Source of the DNA: Mobula birostris
Taxonomy: Eukaryota
Length of the DNA: 64,000 nucleotides
Reading direction: 5' to 3'
Assembly (NCBI RefSeq): GCF_030028105.1
Contig: NC_092379.1
Coordinates: 18,887,309-18,951,308, forward strand
Shown: positions 27,430-40,330 of the stretch, piece by piece
Numbering within the stretch: position 1 is the stretch's first letter
Layout: each line of letters starts with the position of its first letter
Notes under the pieces: generated by a model
What the model saw: the letters and a program-made list of their open reading frames with translations, nothing else
Told to the model about the DNA's origin: nothing
Database searches by the model: none
Made by a program: the position numbers and the translations under genes

Positions 27430-28050
27430 CGACTTCTGGCTAGTCACGCTTGCCGTTGAGAATACCATGGACACAATCTTTGATATCCCTGTTCCTGGCA
27501 GCAGGGATGCAACATACCATCTGGGTGTCTCTATCGAGCCCACAGAGCCTCGTCCCTGTTCTTCTGATGAAGGAATCTCCTATCATAACTACATTCCTCT
27601 TCAACTCTCTCCTCTTCTGAGCCACATCACCAGACTCAGTGCCAGAGACCCGGTCATTCTGGCTCCCCCCAGTAGATGGATTCCTCTCCATTGTATCTAA
27701 AGTTAAATGCTTGTTATTGAGGGGAACAGCCACAGGTGTTCTCTGCACTGGTTCTGCATTTCCCCTCAATCTCCTGACAGTCACCCAGTTACCTGTCTCC
27801 TGCAACCTTGGGGTAACTATCTCTCTGTAGCTCCTGTCTATCACTTCGTCATTCTCCCGTATGAGTCGAAGGTCATCGAGCTGCAGCTCCAGTTCCTTAA
27901 TACATTCTCTCAGTTGCTGCAACTCGGCGCACCTGGTACAGATGTGTTCACCTGGGAGACTGGAGTCTCCCAGACTTCCCACATCCCACACAGAGTGCAA
28001 AACCCTGCCCCTGAAACCATTCTCACTAAACTACCATGTCCTAATAGATG
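27430..28050 (-). mobile_element. CR1 ORF1 fragment (zinc finger plus SGNH-esterase-like domain)
   Basis: HICTRCAELQQLREC...VVMIGDSFIR. Confidence 0.8.
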
Positions 28051-28229
28051 AGGAGTGAACAAATAGGAACAGAAAGAGAGAAACCTTGTGGTCTTATGGA
28101 AGGTGGAGCAGGGTTGAAATGGAGGAAATTCATGAGACATAATCTCCCACACACACAGCCTTGTTGACTAATCCTAATCAACCCAAGTTTTTTGAAATAG
28201 CTCTTAACCCTCAGGTCTCCTCCATTAAA

Positions 28230-29700
28230 ACCATAAGATATAGCAGTAGAATTAGGCCATTTTGGCCCATCAAGTCTGCTTCACCATTTCATCATGGCTG
28301 ATCCACTTTCCCTCTCAGTCCCAATCTCCTGCCTTCTCCCTGTATCCCGTCATGCCCTGACTAATCAAGAATCTATCAACCTCTGCCTTGAATATACCTA
28401 AAGAATTGGCCTCCACAGCTGCATGTGGCAGCAACTTCCACAGATTCATCACTCTCTGCTGAAAAAAATTTGTCCTGATATCCTTTCTAAAACAGGCCCC
28501 TCAATTTTGATGCTGCGTTCTCTGGTCATAGACTTTTCCACCATGAGAAGCATCCTCTCTATATCCACTCTATCAAGGCCTTTCAACATTTGATCAGTTT
28601 CAATAATGTCAGCCCTTATTCTTCTGAATTCCACTGAGCACAGGCCCAAAGCCATCAAACGGTCTTCATATGACATGCTTTCAATTCTGGAATCATTTAC
28701 ATGAATTCCTTTGAACCCTCTCCAATGTCAGCACATCCTTTCTTAGATAAGGGGGCCGAAATTGCTCACAGTAGTCAAAGTGAGGCCTTACCAGTGCTTT
28801 TGAAAGCTTCAATATTACATCCTTGCATTTATCTTGTAGTCCCTTTGAAATTAATGCTGACATCACATTTGCCTTCCTCACCACTGACTCAACCTGCAAA
28901 TTAACCTTCAGGGAATCCCACACAAGGACTCCCAAGTCCGTTTGCACCTCAGATTTTTGAATTTTCTCTCTATTTAGAAAATAGTCTATGCTTTACTTTT
29001 ACGAGTTCCTTTACTTTTAACTCTGGTTCATTGCACAACCCCCAATGCAGAATAGCTAATTGCCTGGTGGGCTCAATCACCAGCTGCTCTGAAAAAAACA
29101 AGCTCGTAGGCATTCTACAAATTCCTTCCCTTGGAATCCGGCACCTTAATGATTTAGTACAGCACAGGCCGTTCAGCCCACAATATTGTGCTAAACCAGC
29201 TATAAAGCAAATCAAAACCGTCCAGACATCAATCCCTCCTACTTACACCATGTGCAGCGCCCTCCTACTTCCTTACAACAACTGAGAAAGAGATACTCTC
29301 TGTCCACTCATATGCCTCTCATAATCTTGTACACCTCTATCTGATGCTCAGAGGAAACAAACCAAGTTTATCCAGCCTCTCATGATAGCACATGCCCTCT
29401 AAACCAGGCAGCGTCCTGGTAAACCTCTTCTGCAACCTCTCCGAAGCCTCAGCATATTTCCTATAGTGGGCCAACCTGAACTCTACGCAATACTCCAGAT
29501 GTGATCGAACCAGGCTTTTATAAAGTTGCAAAATAACGTCCTGACCTTTGAACTCAATGCCGCAACTAATACAAGCAAGCCTTCTGCAAATCTTGTTAAG
29601 CCCCTTATTGAACTGTGTAGCCATTTTCAAGGAGATTGAACTTGGATCACAAGATCTCTCTGCTCAGCAACACTGTTAAGAACCTTGCCATTAAAGGTGT
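28230..29700 (-). mobile_element. CR1 3' fragments
   Basis: KANVMSALISKG...HFDYCEQF; GIEFKGQDVILQLYKSLVRSHLEYC. Confidence 0.8.
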
Positions 29701-29789
29701 GCCCTTGTTCCCTTCATAAACAGAGGTACAATATTAGTTCTGATGACTTATGCATCTTAATTCGGAGCAGGAAGGCTGCCAGTGAACGG

Positions 29790-32700
29790 CTAAGGATTTC
29801 TCGAGCGAAGGCATTTTGCTACTCGGGGTAAAAGAGAGGCAAGACTGCGCAAGCACATGACATCAACCAGTAGAGCAGGAAAAGTTCGAAAAGAAGACCG
29901 CCATATTCAGTGGGCAGCATTCAGAGCAGGCAACGGAGTGAGAAGTAGCAGAGTGAGAGGGCTTTAGCTCAATGGGCTTAGGCAGTAGCGAGGCAAGGTG
30001 GGTTTACCTGTGTTCATAGCGGAAAGGAAGTATGTGTGTGAGGCTGGTGTTCTGTGCTCGGTGTCAGATGTGGGAGGTCCTGGAGTCTCCTAGTCTCCTA
30101 GACAGCCATATCTGCACCCAGTGTGTCAAGCTGCGGCTCCTAAGGGACCGCGTTAGGGAACTGGAGATGCAGCTCGATGACCTTCGTCTGATCAGGGAGA
30201 GTGAGGAGGTGATAGAGAGGAGTTATAAGCAGGTGGTCACACCGGGGCCATGGGAGACAGACAAGTGGGTAACAGTTAGGAGAGGGAAGAGGAAGAGTCA
30301 GGTACTAGAGAGTACCCCTGTGGCTGTACCCCTTGACAATAAGTACTCCTGTTTGAGTACTGTTGGGGGGGACAGCTTACCTGGGGGAAGCAACAGTGGC
30401 TGTGCCTCTGGCACAGAGTCCGGCCCTGTGGCTCAGAAGGGGAGGGAAAGGAAGAGAATGGCTGTCATGATAGGGGACTCTATAGTTACGGGGTCAGACA
30501 GGCGATTCTGTGGATGCAGGAAAGAAACTTGGATGGTAGTTTGCTTCCCAGGTGCCAGGATCCGGAATGTTTCAGGTCACGTCCAAGGTATCCTGCAGTG
30601 GGAGAGAGAACAGCCAGAGGTCGTGGTACATATTGGTACCAATGACATTGGTAGGAAAAGGGAAGAGATCCTGAAAAAAAGACTACAGGGAGTTAGGCTG
30701 TATTTGATTTGGTATTCGGAAATGAACCTGGTCAGGTGTCAGATCTCTCAGTGGAAGAGCATTTTGGAGGTAGTGATCATAATTCTATCTCCTTTACAAT
30801 AGCATTGGAGAGAAATAGGAACAGACAAGTTAGAAAAGCGTTAATTGGAGTAAGGGGAATTATGAGGCTATCAGGCAGGAAATTGGAAGCTTGAATTGGG
30901 AACAGATGTTCTCAGGGAAAAGTATGGAAGAAATGTGGCAAATGTTCAGGGGATATTTGTGTGGAGTTCTGCATAGGTACATTCCAATGAGACAGGGAAG
31001 TTATGGTAGGGTACAGGAACCATGGTGCACAAAGGCTGTAATAAATCTAGTCAAGAAGAAAAGAAAAGCTTACAAAAGGTTCAGAGAGCTAGGTAATGTT
31101 AGAGATCTAGAAGATTATAATGCTAACAGGAAGGAGCTTAAAAAGGAAATTCTGGGAGCCAGAAAGGGCCATGAGAAGGTCTTGGCAGGCAGAATTAAGG
31201 AAAACCCCAAGGCATCCTACAAGTATGTAAAGAGCAAGAGGCTAAGATGTGAAAGAATAGGACCTATCAAGTGTGACAGTGGGAAAGTGCGTACGGAGCC
31301 AAAAGAAATAGCAGAGGTACTTAATGAATGCTTTACTTCAGTATTCACTATGGAAAAGGATCTTGGTAATTGTAGTGATGACTTGCAGCAGACTGAAAAG
31401 CCTGAGCATATAGATATTAAGAAAGAGGATGTGCTGGATCTTTTGGAAAGCATCAAGTTGGATAAGTTGCCGGGACCGGATGAGATATACCCCAGGCTAC
31501 TGTGGGAGGCGAGGGAGGAGATTGCTGAGCCTCTGGCAATGATCTTTGAATCGTCAATGGTGACAGGAGAGGTTCTGGAGGATTGGAGGGTTGCAAATGT
31601 TGTTCCTTTATTCAAGAAAGGGAGTAGAGATAGCCCAGGGAATTATAGACCAGTGAGTCTTACTTCAGTGGTTGGTAAGGTGATGGAGAAGGTCCTAAGA
31701 GGCAGGATTTTTGAACATTTGGAGAGATATAGTATGATTAGGAATAGTCAGCATGGCTTTGTCAAGGGCAGGTCGTGCCTTACAAGCCTGATTGAATTTT
31801 TTGAGGATATGACTAAACACATTGATGAAGGAAGAGCAGTAGATGTAGCGTATATGGATTTCAGCAAGGCATTTGATAAGGTACCCCATGCCAGGCTTAT
31901 TGAGAAAGTCAGGAGGCATGGAATCCAAGGGGACATTGCTTTGGGGATCCAGAACTGGCTTGCCCACAGAAGGCAAAGAGTGGTTGTAAATGGGTCATAT
32001 TCTGCATGGAGGTTGGTGACCAGTGGTATGCCTCAGGGATATGTTCTGGAACTCCTACTCTTCGTGATTTTTATAAATGACCTGGATGAGGAAGTGGAGG
32101 GATGGGTTAGTAAGTTTACTGATGACACAAAGGTTGGTGGTGTTATGGATAGTGTGGAAGGCTGTCAGAGGTTATAGTGGGACATTGATAGGATGCAAAA
32201 CTGGGCTGAGAAGTGGCAGATGGAGTTCAACCCAGATAAGTGTGAAGTGGTTCATTTTGGCAGGTCAAGTATGATGGCAGAATATAGTAGTAATGGTAAG
32301 ACTCTTGGCAGGGTGGAGGATCAGAGGGATCTTGGGGTCCAAGTCCATAGGATGCTCAAAGCAGCTGCCCAGGTTGACTCTGTGGTTAAGAAGGCATACG
32401 GTGTATTAGCCTTCATTAATCGTCAAATTGAATTTCGGAGCCGAGAGGTAATGTTGGACCCTGGTCAGACCCCACTTGGAGTACTGTGCTCAGTTCTGTT
32501 CGCCTCACTACAGGAAGGATGTGGAAGCCATAGAAAGGGTGCAGAGGAGATTTATAAGGACGTTGCTTGGACTGGGGAGCATGCCTTATGAAAACAGATT
32601 GAGTGAACTTGGCCTTTTCTGCTTGGAGCGACGGAGGATGAGAGGTGACCTGATAGAGGTGTATAAGATGATGAGAGGCATTGCCCGTGTGGATAGTCAG

Positions 32701-33010
32701 AGGCTTTTTCCCAGGACTGAAATGGTTGCCACAAGAGGGCACAGGTTTAAGGTGCTGGGGAGTAGGTACAGAGGAGATGGTATGTTTTTTTTTATGCAGA
32801 GAGTTGTGAGTGCGTGTAATGGGCTACTGTCAACGGTGGTGAACGTGGATACGATAGAGTCTTTTAAGAGACTTTTGGATAGGTACATGGAGCTTAGAAA
32901 AATAGAGGGCTATGGGTAAGCCTAGTAATTTCCAAGTTAGGGACATGTTCAGCACAACTTTGTGGGCCAAAGGGCCTGTATTGTGCTGTAGGTTTTCTAA
33001 GTTTCTATGT
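29790..33010 (+). mobile_element. Near full-length CR1 LINE (5' UTR, ORF1, ORF2 lacking most of the endonuclease, 3' tail)
   Basis: ORF1 from 30032 (CARCQMW...CTQC; IGDSIV; HIGTND) fused at ~30700 to ORF2 (GSDHN...; 428-aa RT ORF 30891-32177); (ctatgtt) tail ~33005. Confidence 0.9.
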
Positions 33011-33019
33011 TCCTATGTT

Positions 33020-34660
33020 AATCCCTTTACGGAGGCCCAATACTTCCTCCAACTTTACCTCGAAATGCCCAAATTTATTTGTACATTCAGCACTGATCTC
33101 TTGGTCATCCACATCTTTTTCCTTTGTAAATACTGAAGCAAAGTACTCATTAAGTACCTCACTCACATTCTCTGCATCCAAGCTGATATTCCCCCCTTTA
33201 TCATTAAGTGGTCCCACCCTCTCCCGAGTTATCCTCTTACCCTTGACTTATGTATAGAATGCCTTGGGATTCACCTTAATCTAACTTGCCAAGGACTTTT
33301 CATAGCCCCTGCTGGCTTTCCTAATTTCCTTTAGTTCCTTTCTGGCTTCTTTATACCCCTAATGTGCTTTGTTTGATTCAACCTTTACATACTTGATCTT
33401 TTTCTTCTTGACTAAACTCATCACCTCTCTGAACATCCAGGGTTCTCTTATCTTTGCATCCTCATCCTTCCTTCTGACAGGAACATACTTTTCCTGTACT
33501 CTGTGCAATTGCTCTTTAAACACCTTCCACATGTCTGATGTGAACTTGCCAGAGAAAAGGTGTTTACAATTAACAATTCTTGGTTCCTGCCAAATGCCCT
33601 TGTAAATTGCCCTATGCCAATTTAAAATTGTTCCACAAGGATAATACCTATCCTTGTCAATAGTTATCCTGAAAGTTAACGAGTTGTCACTCTTCCCTTA
33701 CTGTTCACCCACTGAAAGATCAGTCACCTGGCCAGGCTCATTCTCCAGTACCAGGAGCAGTATGGCCCCTCCTTTCATTGGACCATACACATATTGATTT
33801 GAGAAACCTTCTTGGATGCACTTAACAAATTCAGCCCGATCAGAATCCCTTAAACTCTCCCATGTAGCATCAGCAAATCTTGAAGCCAGGTTAATTGTTC
33901 CCCTGCAGTTCAGGTGCAATCCATCTCAATCAACCTGCATACTGAAATTCCCATTGATTATCTTAACATTGCACTTTTGACATGCATCTTCCGTCTCCCA
34001 TTGTAATTTGTAGACCACATATTTGTTATACTATTTGCAGGTCTGTTTCTAATTCCCATCAGGGACTTTCACCCTTGCAAATTCTTAGCTCTACCTAGAA
34101 CGGTTCTATACCATCTGATCCTATGTCACCTCTTTCTAATCATTTAATTTAATTTTTTACCAACACAGCCACACCACACCTTCGGCCTACTTCCCTGTCC
34201 TTTCGATACAATATGTATCCTTGGACATCAAGCTCCCAGTTATACAGTAATCTTCTTTCAGCCACAATTCAGTGATACCCATAATGTCATACATGCCAAT
34301 CTGTAGCTGTGTTACAAGTTCATCTAGCATAGTGTATTCCGTATACTATGTGCGTTCAGATATAACACCTTCAGTCTTGTGTTTATCACAGTTCAAAATT
34401 TTGTCTCCCTTTTACATTGTAACTCATCCCGTTGACGGCAATTTTACCCGAACATCAACTTCTTCTTGCTAGCAGTCTCACTACACACTGCTTCTGTTTG
34501 TAAACCAACAACTTGATCCTCAACCCTTTCACTTCATTTCCCATCCCCCTGCCAAATTTGTTCCAACCCTTCTGAACAACTCTAGCAAACTGGTCTGCAA
34601 ATCTATTTGCCTCCATCGATTCAGGTGTAACCTGTCCCTTTTCTACAGGTCATAACTTCT
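33020..34660 (-). mobile_element. CR1 ORF2 N-terminal fragments
   Basis: ENEPGQVTDLSVGE; GPLNDKGGNISLDAENVSEVLNEYFASVF. Confidence 0.75.
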
Positions 34661-34848
34661 GCTTACCAAGGCCCAGAGTCTTCGAGTAAAGAGGAAAGGT
34701 GTAAAGTTCCCAGGGGTTGTGAAGGGCTTCAGACTGCATTGTCTGTTGACTGTGCTGTCGTTGGGATTGCAGTGTCAGAGAATGCAATGTGAAGTAAGGA
34801 AGGTGAAAGTTTGGGTTTCATGGGAGTCTCTGTTAGTCACTTGGTTAC

Positions 34849-34991
34849 CTTGATAACGGTGACGAAGGTGCTGTAGAGGAAACTGACGATGAACAGAATG
34901 GCAAAGGCAGCAACTGTAAGCACATTGTCATCTCCATCCACGTGTCCCTGTTCTTCCTTCCCCTCCTCTCCTGTCAAGTCTGTGCAGATTC
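34849..34991 (-). CDS. IgW heavy-chain TM1 exon: (G)ICTDLTGEEGKEEQGHVDGDDNVLTVAAFAILFIVSFLYSTFVTVIK
   Basis: Acceptor tttctcaattctttcag|GA ATC; donor AAG|gtaacc; antigen-receptor TM motif F..LF..S..YS..VT; acidic spacer with one Cys; read-through of the donor gives VTK*. Confidence 0.9.
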
Positions 34992-36957
34992 CTGAAAGAA
35001 TTGAGAAAGTGAGACTGTTAGTTTCTTGTCGATGTTTCTTGAAGATCAACATGGCAATAAACTTGAGTAAACTTAATGACTCAAATCATGTTTCCCCACA
35101 GCATGTCATTTGTAACCAGGGAGCAGCTGGATAGAGCTAAATGAACTAGTTTCTCCGAAACGACTATGTTCGCTCCGTTAAAAATATTGACCAGATATTC
35201 ACTTAGCGTTCATTAAACATCATCCCAGTTTGTAATTTACTCTGGGAAGTGCATGTATGTTCAGCAGTCCCTCCAAGACAGTTTATCCAAAGACCTGCTG
35301 TTAGTTCCTGCGTATTCATTTCATTGATTATTATCTCTGCAGTTAAAGCCTTTCAGACTGCTAACAGATCTGCCAGCCTTGTGTGAGTGGCAAAGTTTGT
35401 CATGTGTGTTTCTGCCCAATATCTAAACCATGAATAAATCTAGTGAATAGTGTCAGCACTGAACACATTGCTGCAGGTCACAGGGCATCACTGTCTACAT
35501 ATTGTCCCTTCTTTCTGTAACCCTCCACTTTCTGAATGAGATCACTAAATGTCTTCACAAAGTTGATGAAATATCTTTCCCTGTCAATTACCTTTGTATA
35601 TTTGAAACTGCGGACCAATCCAGAATGTTCTGTCATCTGTACAGTAGAAACTAGAATACACATACACCTATAACCATTTGAATGTCTGTCTGCCTGTCTA
35701 TATAATGAAGGACAGAACCAACCAGGCAACACTTCCAGCCCCTCATGTTTGAGTCACACAGTTGTATCCCAAAACATACCGGCACGGAACACTGGCAGCC
35801 GAATGCTTTCCGTACCTTCTTTATTGAACTTTGATTGCACAAACACAGGCTGACATTCAACCTCTCATGTAGTCTACAGAAGTTTCCAACAGGATCAGAC
35901 CTGACACTAGGAAGTTTTTAAAAAAAACTGCAGGATCTCAGACATGTTAGTAATTTATTTTGATGTATTTAATCATGGAAATATATATTTCCATTTTGAG
36001 CTAATGAGAAAGAACTTGCAGGTAACCTTGCTTGTTTCAGGGAGATAAACCACATTGTTGTAGGATCAGCCACCAACTGGAGGTTGACCAGTGGGGTAGC
36101 TGGCCACGGGAATCTCTGCTGCAAAGAACTCAGTGACCTGACACTTGTCCTTTTATCTGATGAGGAAGTGTAGCTTTAGAGGGTTCCTACTGGGAATGGA
36201 CTTTTTTATTCATCTGAAGTTTTCCTGGAATATTCTGCTCTTACACCATTCAGGCTAATATTTACACCAGGAGTGATCTCTCCACATCTAAAATGTAAAG
36301 GCTTTTTACTTTTGGAAATGAAAGAGAAATTGTGGAAAGTGTTCAGTGGGTTAGAAAACACTTGTGAACAGAGAAAGGGATAACATTGAGAGAGCATCAC
36401 AAGTGTACTCTGTACCATTGCTTCAGCACTAGTTCTGTGCCTGGCTGAGTACTGTGCATCTCTCTGGTTTACTGGAACTCAACAACTGTCTGGTGTCCAG
36501 TTACATTCCACGATGCCTGCTCCAGTGAAACTCAGTTCCTCCAGTTCTGCTGACAGATAGACTTGCTTCATGTTTCTGAGATGCTGGTGTGAGAACATTG
36601 ACCCTGCAGTCATTATTTCATCATTCCCTCACTGACAAGGCCGGCATTCCTTGCTCTGCTCCAGCAGGTCCGTCACAGAGCAGTGAAGAGTTTGGTGTGG
36701 GAATTATGGATACAGGTAAACAGGGTAGGAAGGGCAGTGTCCTTCACCAAAGAACATCAGTGAAATAGTTTGTAATCTAAAACTGGCTTGAAGCATTGAA
36801 TGAACTCTGATTCTTTCCCACTCTCTGCCTCTGCATTATTAATCCACTCACACAACTACAACAATGCCAGACTTGCCGTTACCTATTGACCTTGCTTGTC
36901 CCTGGGTTGTGGCTGTGGCAGAGGATGTCAACAGTACAGTGAATCTCAGAATCATAC

Positions 36958-37281
36958 CTTGAATGTTTTTCACATCCTGCCTGACACTGGTGTTGGAGGG
37001 GGGATGAGACACTGTGCATCTGAAAACTGAGCCTTCCTTCCACTCCTCTGTGCTCACGGTCAGGTCGTAGCTGGCAATGAAAGTCCCTGCCTGTTCCAGA
37101 GCAGTTGGTCTCACACTGGTGTTGGAAGAGATCAGAGAGTCCCCTTTCTCCCAGGTGGCGGTTATTTGGTCCGGGTAGAATCCAGAGGCAACACACTCGA
37201 GGGTGACCGTGTTCCCACTGTTGGTCTCTCCCTCTGGCGGTGGCAGCAGTCTGACTTTGGGACTTTTTGTCTCCAGTGGAA
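36958..37281 (-). CDS. Ig heavy constant exon, IgW CH4-like (similar to IgNAR C3)
   Basis: 324 bp, phase 1-1, cag|TT CCA...CAA G|gtatga; KVRLLPP..TLECVASGFYPD..W..PTALEQ..EW..FRCTVSHPP; no stops. Confidence 0.92.
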
Positions 37282-37364
37282 CTGATGGGCAAACAATGGA
37301 AATGTCAAACATTTTTACTGAGGTAACCAACGTTGTCCATTTTAATCGCTGACCTCTTGCCCAC

Positions 37365-37667
37365 CTTTGGTACTTTTTGTCCGTGCTGATACTGGTGAGG
37401 TTGCAGAAGGTTGTTGGGCAGAGCAAGTGTACTCCACCCCACTGGTCCACTCCTCCACACTGGTCTGGAGTTGGCTGATCACTGTATCTTGGGTTCCTTC
37501 CTCTCTTGGTTTTTTGGTCACATTTGCTTTAACTTTCTCCCTCTCGTTCACCTTCCAGTGGATTTGGACCTGGCTCAGATCAGCACCCACAATCATACAC
37601 ACCAGAGTAGCGGTCTGGTTGATCCACATCTCTTCAATGGAGGGATTTTGGATAAAGACGGACAACT
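37365..37667 (-). CDS. Ig heavy constant exon, IgW CH3-like (similar to IgNAR C2)
   Basis: 303 bp, phase 1-1, tacag|AG TTG...AAA G|gtgggc; NPSIEEMWINQTATLVC..W..EEWTSGVEYTCSA; no stops. Confidence 0.92.
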
Positions 37668-38489
37668 CTGTAGATGAGTAATAGAAAACTTACAAACTGG
37701 ACGATATCTATTGTCAGCTGGCTTGACAACTTCAGCTCAGACTTATCCTGAAGCTCAACTTGTACATAATTGTACAATGGGGTGAAATCAGGTTTGTCTG
37801 CAGAGTGGGTTTGCTCATCTCTGTTTACAACCTTTGAATGAGAAAACAAAATCAAACATCAAGGAGCTTCTTTCCTTGGGACCCAGTTGGGTCACAACAG
37901 GGACTACAGGACAGTTGCCCAGCTACGTGACATTTAGCTGCTGCAATGCCAATCAAATGCACTATCAGAGCTGTCAATTGCAATGAGAGATGCAGTTTCT
38001 CATGAAAGATGACATTTCCTGAAATCTTCTTGTCTTGGAGCATGTGAGAGCCTGTAGATCCATTTGTGACATTGAGCTGAATCAATGAGCTGCCTCATAT
38101 CTGTTAGGACTGAGCCTGAGATTCCTCCAGAATGAAAATTCTGATGCTGACTTTCGAATCTCCCATGAAAAATCTCTCTTTTCATTTCTGTAACTTGCCT
38201 GCCCTAGTCAATGATCTCACTTTGTTCCAGTTGTCCTATTCACTTCATCTATTTCCATCTCTACACTTTAAACCTCCCTGCCATTCTATTTCCTGTGGAG
38301 TCTGCTTTTCACTTGCTGGACACTCATAGACATGGCTTTGTGTCCCATCATCCACATCATTAGTAATATCAGTGAATAGTTGCAGGGCGGACAAAGATCA
38401 TTGCAGGGCACTGCTCACGATTAAATCCTGCTGGGTTCAGTCCCCTGTCACATGACACAGTGATAATGGAGTTGTTGATGAATGATTGC

Positions 38490-40330
38490 AAACAATTTCA
38501 GTCCATTAGTCTACAGCAGATCCAGGCATGGTGTGGGGCAGCCACCTCAGGCCAACATCGGGCAGTCACTGGAAGAGCTGAGCGCCGTGATCAGTAAACA
38601 CGAAATAGCACACCCGGATATGAACCAGGACATCTTGAGGAAGTCTCTGAACAATGACCACTCACATATCTCCTGTGGAACCAGAGGAGCCAACACTTGA
38701 CCACTGTGATACCACCATCAACCACGGTTACCGTGCCAGCACATGGCCACACTTTGGTAAGGCTGATCACCTGGATGTACTTCAACTCCCAGCATATAGG
38801 CAGAGACTAAAGACCACAGTGTTGGTAGCAAGGACCAAGAAGATATCGTCAAGGAAGGCAGAAGTGCGCCGACAGGACTTTTGAGTTGGTGAACTGGATA
38901 ATATTACTGCACAACAATTTTTTCAAAAATGTTGCTTCCTCAGAGTTTTTTTTGTTTATGATAGACTGCTTGAAGTTGAACACAAATATAATTTCAGACT
39001 ACTTGGATCACGTAGGAATTTGGAGAAACAACAAATTAACTTTTATTGAATATAATGTGTTTAATTGCATAATGGTGCTGATGCTTTGCAATAGTTCAAC
39101 TAAGATGAAAATATTTTGTTAATGATTTTCATTTGTGCTCAATGTCTGCGGCTTCTTGCTTAACTGTCCAACAATAATCCACCAGCATTGATGGATTCCA
39201 GTTGCCCTGATATCTTTTCTCCATGACCGCAACGTCCTGGTGAAACCTCTCACCATGCTCGTCACTAACAGCACCAAAATTTGCAAGAAGTCTAAATGGG
39301 AGTGGAGAAAATGAATCTTTAGTGACATGTTGCATTTCAAGGTTTTGTATGCTTGAAGCATGCTTTCAACCAGCTGCATGTAGTTTGGTGCTCTATAGAT
39401 ACCGAGAAAAGTTTCAACAACTTCCTTGAATGACTTGTGATTTTCTCCGGTCCCACTAGAAATTCTTCAAATTGCCTGTCATTGATGACCTGTTTGATTT
39501 GTGGACCAACAAAAATGCTTTCCTTAATCTTGGCATCAGTTATTCTGGGAAGCATCTGTCTCAAATATCAAAATCCTTCATAGAAATGTTTGTGCCTGGT
39601 GATAACAAATTCCATCCTTACAGTCCTGAACCCAAAAATTATTACTAAAAACTGTCCTGCCATGCAGCAGCCGCGCCGCCTAAGCATGCCTGGACAAGAT
39701 AGGAATCTTTCCAGCTTACATTGTAGGCAACATTTTAATTGACTTGAATTATGAATTGAAATAATAAACATAGGTGACTTCAAAAATGGTGCGTGATAGG
39801 GAAATTTCATGATGATTTTCATGATCGGTAGCCCAAAATTCAAAAGATACAGCTAAAGGTATTCAGGAAGCAAGATCTTTGTTGTCCAGTGTATTCAGAG
39901 ACTTATCTTCAAATCGGAATGAATATGCCACAGTTGTCACCAACTTTGTCAAACCCTGTGTGGATAAGTGTGTGCCTTCAAGAACATACCGGACATACCC
40001 AAAGCAAAAGCTGTGGATGGACCAGGAGATTTGTAGTCTGCTGAGGGCTCGATTTATGGCAGTCCAGGCTGGTGATCTAGCATTAGACAAGAAGCCCAGG
40101 TACGACCTGCGGAAGGCTATTTTAAGAGTGAATAAACTCATCTTGGTCAAGATGATGCCAGAATGCAATCCTCGCTCGGTCAACCTCTTCCAGATAGCTC
40201 ATGAAGATATCCTTTTTTGGTCTTTTATGTCTGTTTTTCTCCTTAAATATGTTTCTGGGACTGTTAGAGTTAGAGACTGCGATTTTGATTGGAGATTGTT
40301 TCAGTGATCCAGTACCTTGCTGACTCTGAG
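38490..40330 (+). mobile_element. Rex1-like LINE ORF2 fragment split by a DNA transposon
   Basis: TRGANTLDHC...HFGKADHL...ELVNWII|FRDLSSNRNEYATVVTNF reads continuously once 38905-39894 is removed. Confidence 0.75.
38905..39891 (-). mobile_element. Internally deleted DNA transposon, Chapaev3-like, with TIRs and a 3-bp TSD
   Basis: Ends TACTGCACAAC.. / ..GTTGTCCAGTG; TAT duplicated at 38902-38904 and 39892-39894; transposase remnants MSLKIHFLHSHLDF, GAVSDEHGERFHQD..MEKRYQGNWNPSMLVDYCW. Family assigned from recalled motif. Confidence 0.7.
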
